Source of the DNA: an uncultured Ruminococcus sp.
GTDB taxonomy: Bacteria > Bacillota > Clostridia > Oscillospirales > CAG-272
Reading direction: 5' to 3'
Assembly (NCBI GenBank): GCA_900551005.1
Contig: URUL01000001.1
Coordinates: forward strand, 246-64,245
Length of the DNA: 64,000 nt
The notes under the pieces: model-generated
The model's database searches: none
The model's input: only the letters and a program-made list of their open reading frames with translations
What the model was told of the DNA's origin: nothing
Shown here: positions 62,633 through 64,000 of the stretch, one piece after another
How the letters are laid out: each line of letters opens with the position of its first letter
Position numbering within the stretch: position 1 is the first letter of the stretch
Made by a program: the position numbers and the translations under genes

Positions 62633-64000
62633 ATGATAACAATAGAACAACTTAACGCCATAAAAAACGAAATGGCGCCCAAGATTGCCATGAGACGCGG
62701 TCACGGTCATTTCGTTGACACCGGCGACGGCATTCGCAAAACCGTACTTATCTGCGGCGGTACAGGCTGTACTTCCTCATCATCGATGAAGGTACGTGAC
62801 GCGCTCATAGCAGAACTCGAGGCAAACAATATTGCAGACGAAATAAAAGTAGTCACCACCGGTTGCTTCGGTCTTTGCGCTCTCGGTCCGATCATGATCG
62901 TTTATCCCGAAGGCACATTCTACAGCATGGTCACTCCGAATGAAATACCCGAGATAGTATCCGAGCATCTCGTAAAAGGAAACGTCGTAAAGAAATATCT
63001 CTACAAAGAGACTGTCAAGGGCGATGAGATCCTCGCTCTCGACCAGACTCCCTTCTATGGCAAGCAGAAGCGCGTAGCGCTCCGCAACTGCGGCGTTATC
63101 GATCCCGAATGCATCAAGGAATACATAGGCTGCGACGGTTACAGCGCACTCGCAAAAGTACTCACGGAGATGACACCCGACGATGTCATAAAGACCGTTT
63201 CCGATTCCGGTCTGCGCGGCAGAGGCGGCGGCGGCTTCCCCACAGGCACAAAGTGGAAATTCGCATGCGCAAACCGCGGCGAAGTAAAGAAGTACGTTGT
63301 ATGCAATGCGGATGAGGGCGACCCCGGTGCCTTCATGGACCGTTCCGTTCTCGAGGGTGACCCTCATGCGGTTCTCGAAGCAATGGCGATCGCAGGCTAT
63401 GCCATAGGCGCTGACGAAGGATATATTTATGTCCGTGCGGAATATCCTATCGCCGTTCACCGTCTCCAGGTTGCCATAAAGCAGGCAAGAGAGCTGGGCG
63501 TTCTCGGCGAGAACATATTCGGCACAGGCTTCAATTTCGATATCACTCTCCGTCTCGGTGCAGGCGCATTCGTTTGCGGCGAGGAAACGGCACTGCTCAC
63601 ATCGATCGAGGGCAACCGCGGCGAGCCGCGTCCCCGTCCTCCATTCCCTGCAGTCAAGGGTCTTTTCGGCAAACCTACTATAATAAATAATGTTGAAACA
63701 TACGCTAATATCTGCCAGATCATACTCAACGGCGCAGAATGGTTTGCATCCATGGGTACGGAAAAATCCAAGGGTACAAAGGTCTTTGCTCTCGGCGGCA
63801 AGATCACAAATACAGGTCTTGTCGAGATCCCCATGGGCACCACGCTTCGCGAGCTCATCTATGAGATCGGCGGCGGCATCCCGGGCGGCAAAGCTTTCAA
63901 AGCTGTACAGACCGGCGGTCCTTCCGGCGGCTGTCTGCCAGCCAGCATGTTAGACACCAAGATCGACATTGGTTCCCTGATCAAAGCGGGCACCATGATG
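62633..64000 (+). CDS. nuoF: NuoF/HydB/HndC-type flavoprotein subunit (FMN, NAD(P)H, Fe-S), partial: runs off the window end
   Basis: My own translation from the ATG at 62633 is open to 64000. It has an N-terminal thioredoxin-like 2Fe-2S module (VLICGGTGCTSS...TGCFGLCALGP), then GLRGRGGGGFPTG.KW, VVCNADEGDPGAFMDR and GAGAFVCGEETALL.SIEG. It is not listed in the ORF track because no stop is reached. Confidence 0.9.
   Translation, partial: MITIEQLNAIKNEMAPKIAMRRGHGHFVDTGDGIRKTVLICGGTGCTSSSSMKVRDALIAELEANNIADEIKVVTTGCFGLCALGPIMIVYPEGTFYSMVTPNEIPEIVSEHLVKGNVVKKYLYKETVKGDEILALDQTPFYGKQKRVALRNCGVIDPECIKEYIGCDGYSALAKVLTEMTPDDVIKTVSDSGLRGRGGGGFPTGTKWKFACANRGEVKKYVVCNADEGDPGAFMDRSVLEGDPHAVLEAMAIAGYAIGADEGYIYVRAEYPIAVHRLQVAIKQARELGVLGENIFGTGFNFDITLRLGAGAFVCGEETALLTSIEGNRGEPRPRPPFPAVKGLFGKPTIINNVETYANICQIILNGAEWFASMGTEKSKGTKVFALGGKITNTGLVEIPMGTTLRELIYEIGGGIPGGKAFKAVQTGGPSGGCLPASMLDTKIDIGSLIKAGTMM

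Overview
This is a 64-kb chromosomal window from a Clostridia-type Firmicute. Gene order and protein families resemble gut or rumen Oscillospiraceae/Ruminococcaceae-like anaerobes, but the taxon cannot be proven from the sequence alone. Positions 1-6650 are the end of an ICE-like accessory block of 11 co-directional minus-strand genes. These include orphan Dam and Dcm methyltransferases, two AbrB-like proteins, and DUF3849-, DUF1281- and DUF4314-like proteins. A ~480-nt structured, repeat-bearing spacer separates the block from tRNA-Trp(CCA) and tRNA(CAT). The rest is core genome: recR-ybaB-dnaX preceded by the large SRP RNA; T-box(Ile)-controlled ileS; mscL; three tandem paralogous solute-binding-like lipoproteins; a domain-permuted GH3 glycosidase; rqcH; a PrsA-like foldase; rpsU; rimM-trmD; murJ plus an O-antigen-ligase-like protein and two DUF4330-like membrane proteins; ptsH; uvrC-rsmD-coaD; a dcw cluster (mraZ-rsmH-ftsL-pbp-murE-murF-mraY-ftsW-murG-ftsQ-ftsZ, without murD, murC or ftsA); an ECF sigma/anti-sigma pair with an extracellular LRR domain; dnaD-like and dnaI-like replication genes; tsaD-rimI; an LMW phosphatase; mrp; uxaC; eda; and NuoE/NuoF-type subunits running off the right end. 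Four observations stand out. (i) ileS, eda and a P-loop ATPase each carry a single in-frame stop at a position where the family has Tyr, Tyr and probably Gly. uvrC also lacks a canonical start codon. All four frames are otherwise intact. (ii) The exact 10-mer TTTTCCACAG (DnaA-box-like) is clustered upstream of both mraZ and the dnaD-like gene. (iii) The ICE cargo proteins share a C-terminal G-M-x-[ML]-(G-G-M) tail. (iv) The lipoprotein triplet shows a gene-conversion mosaic. I saw no CRISPR array, rRNA gene, transposase or integrase.
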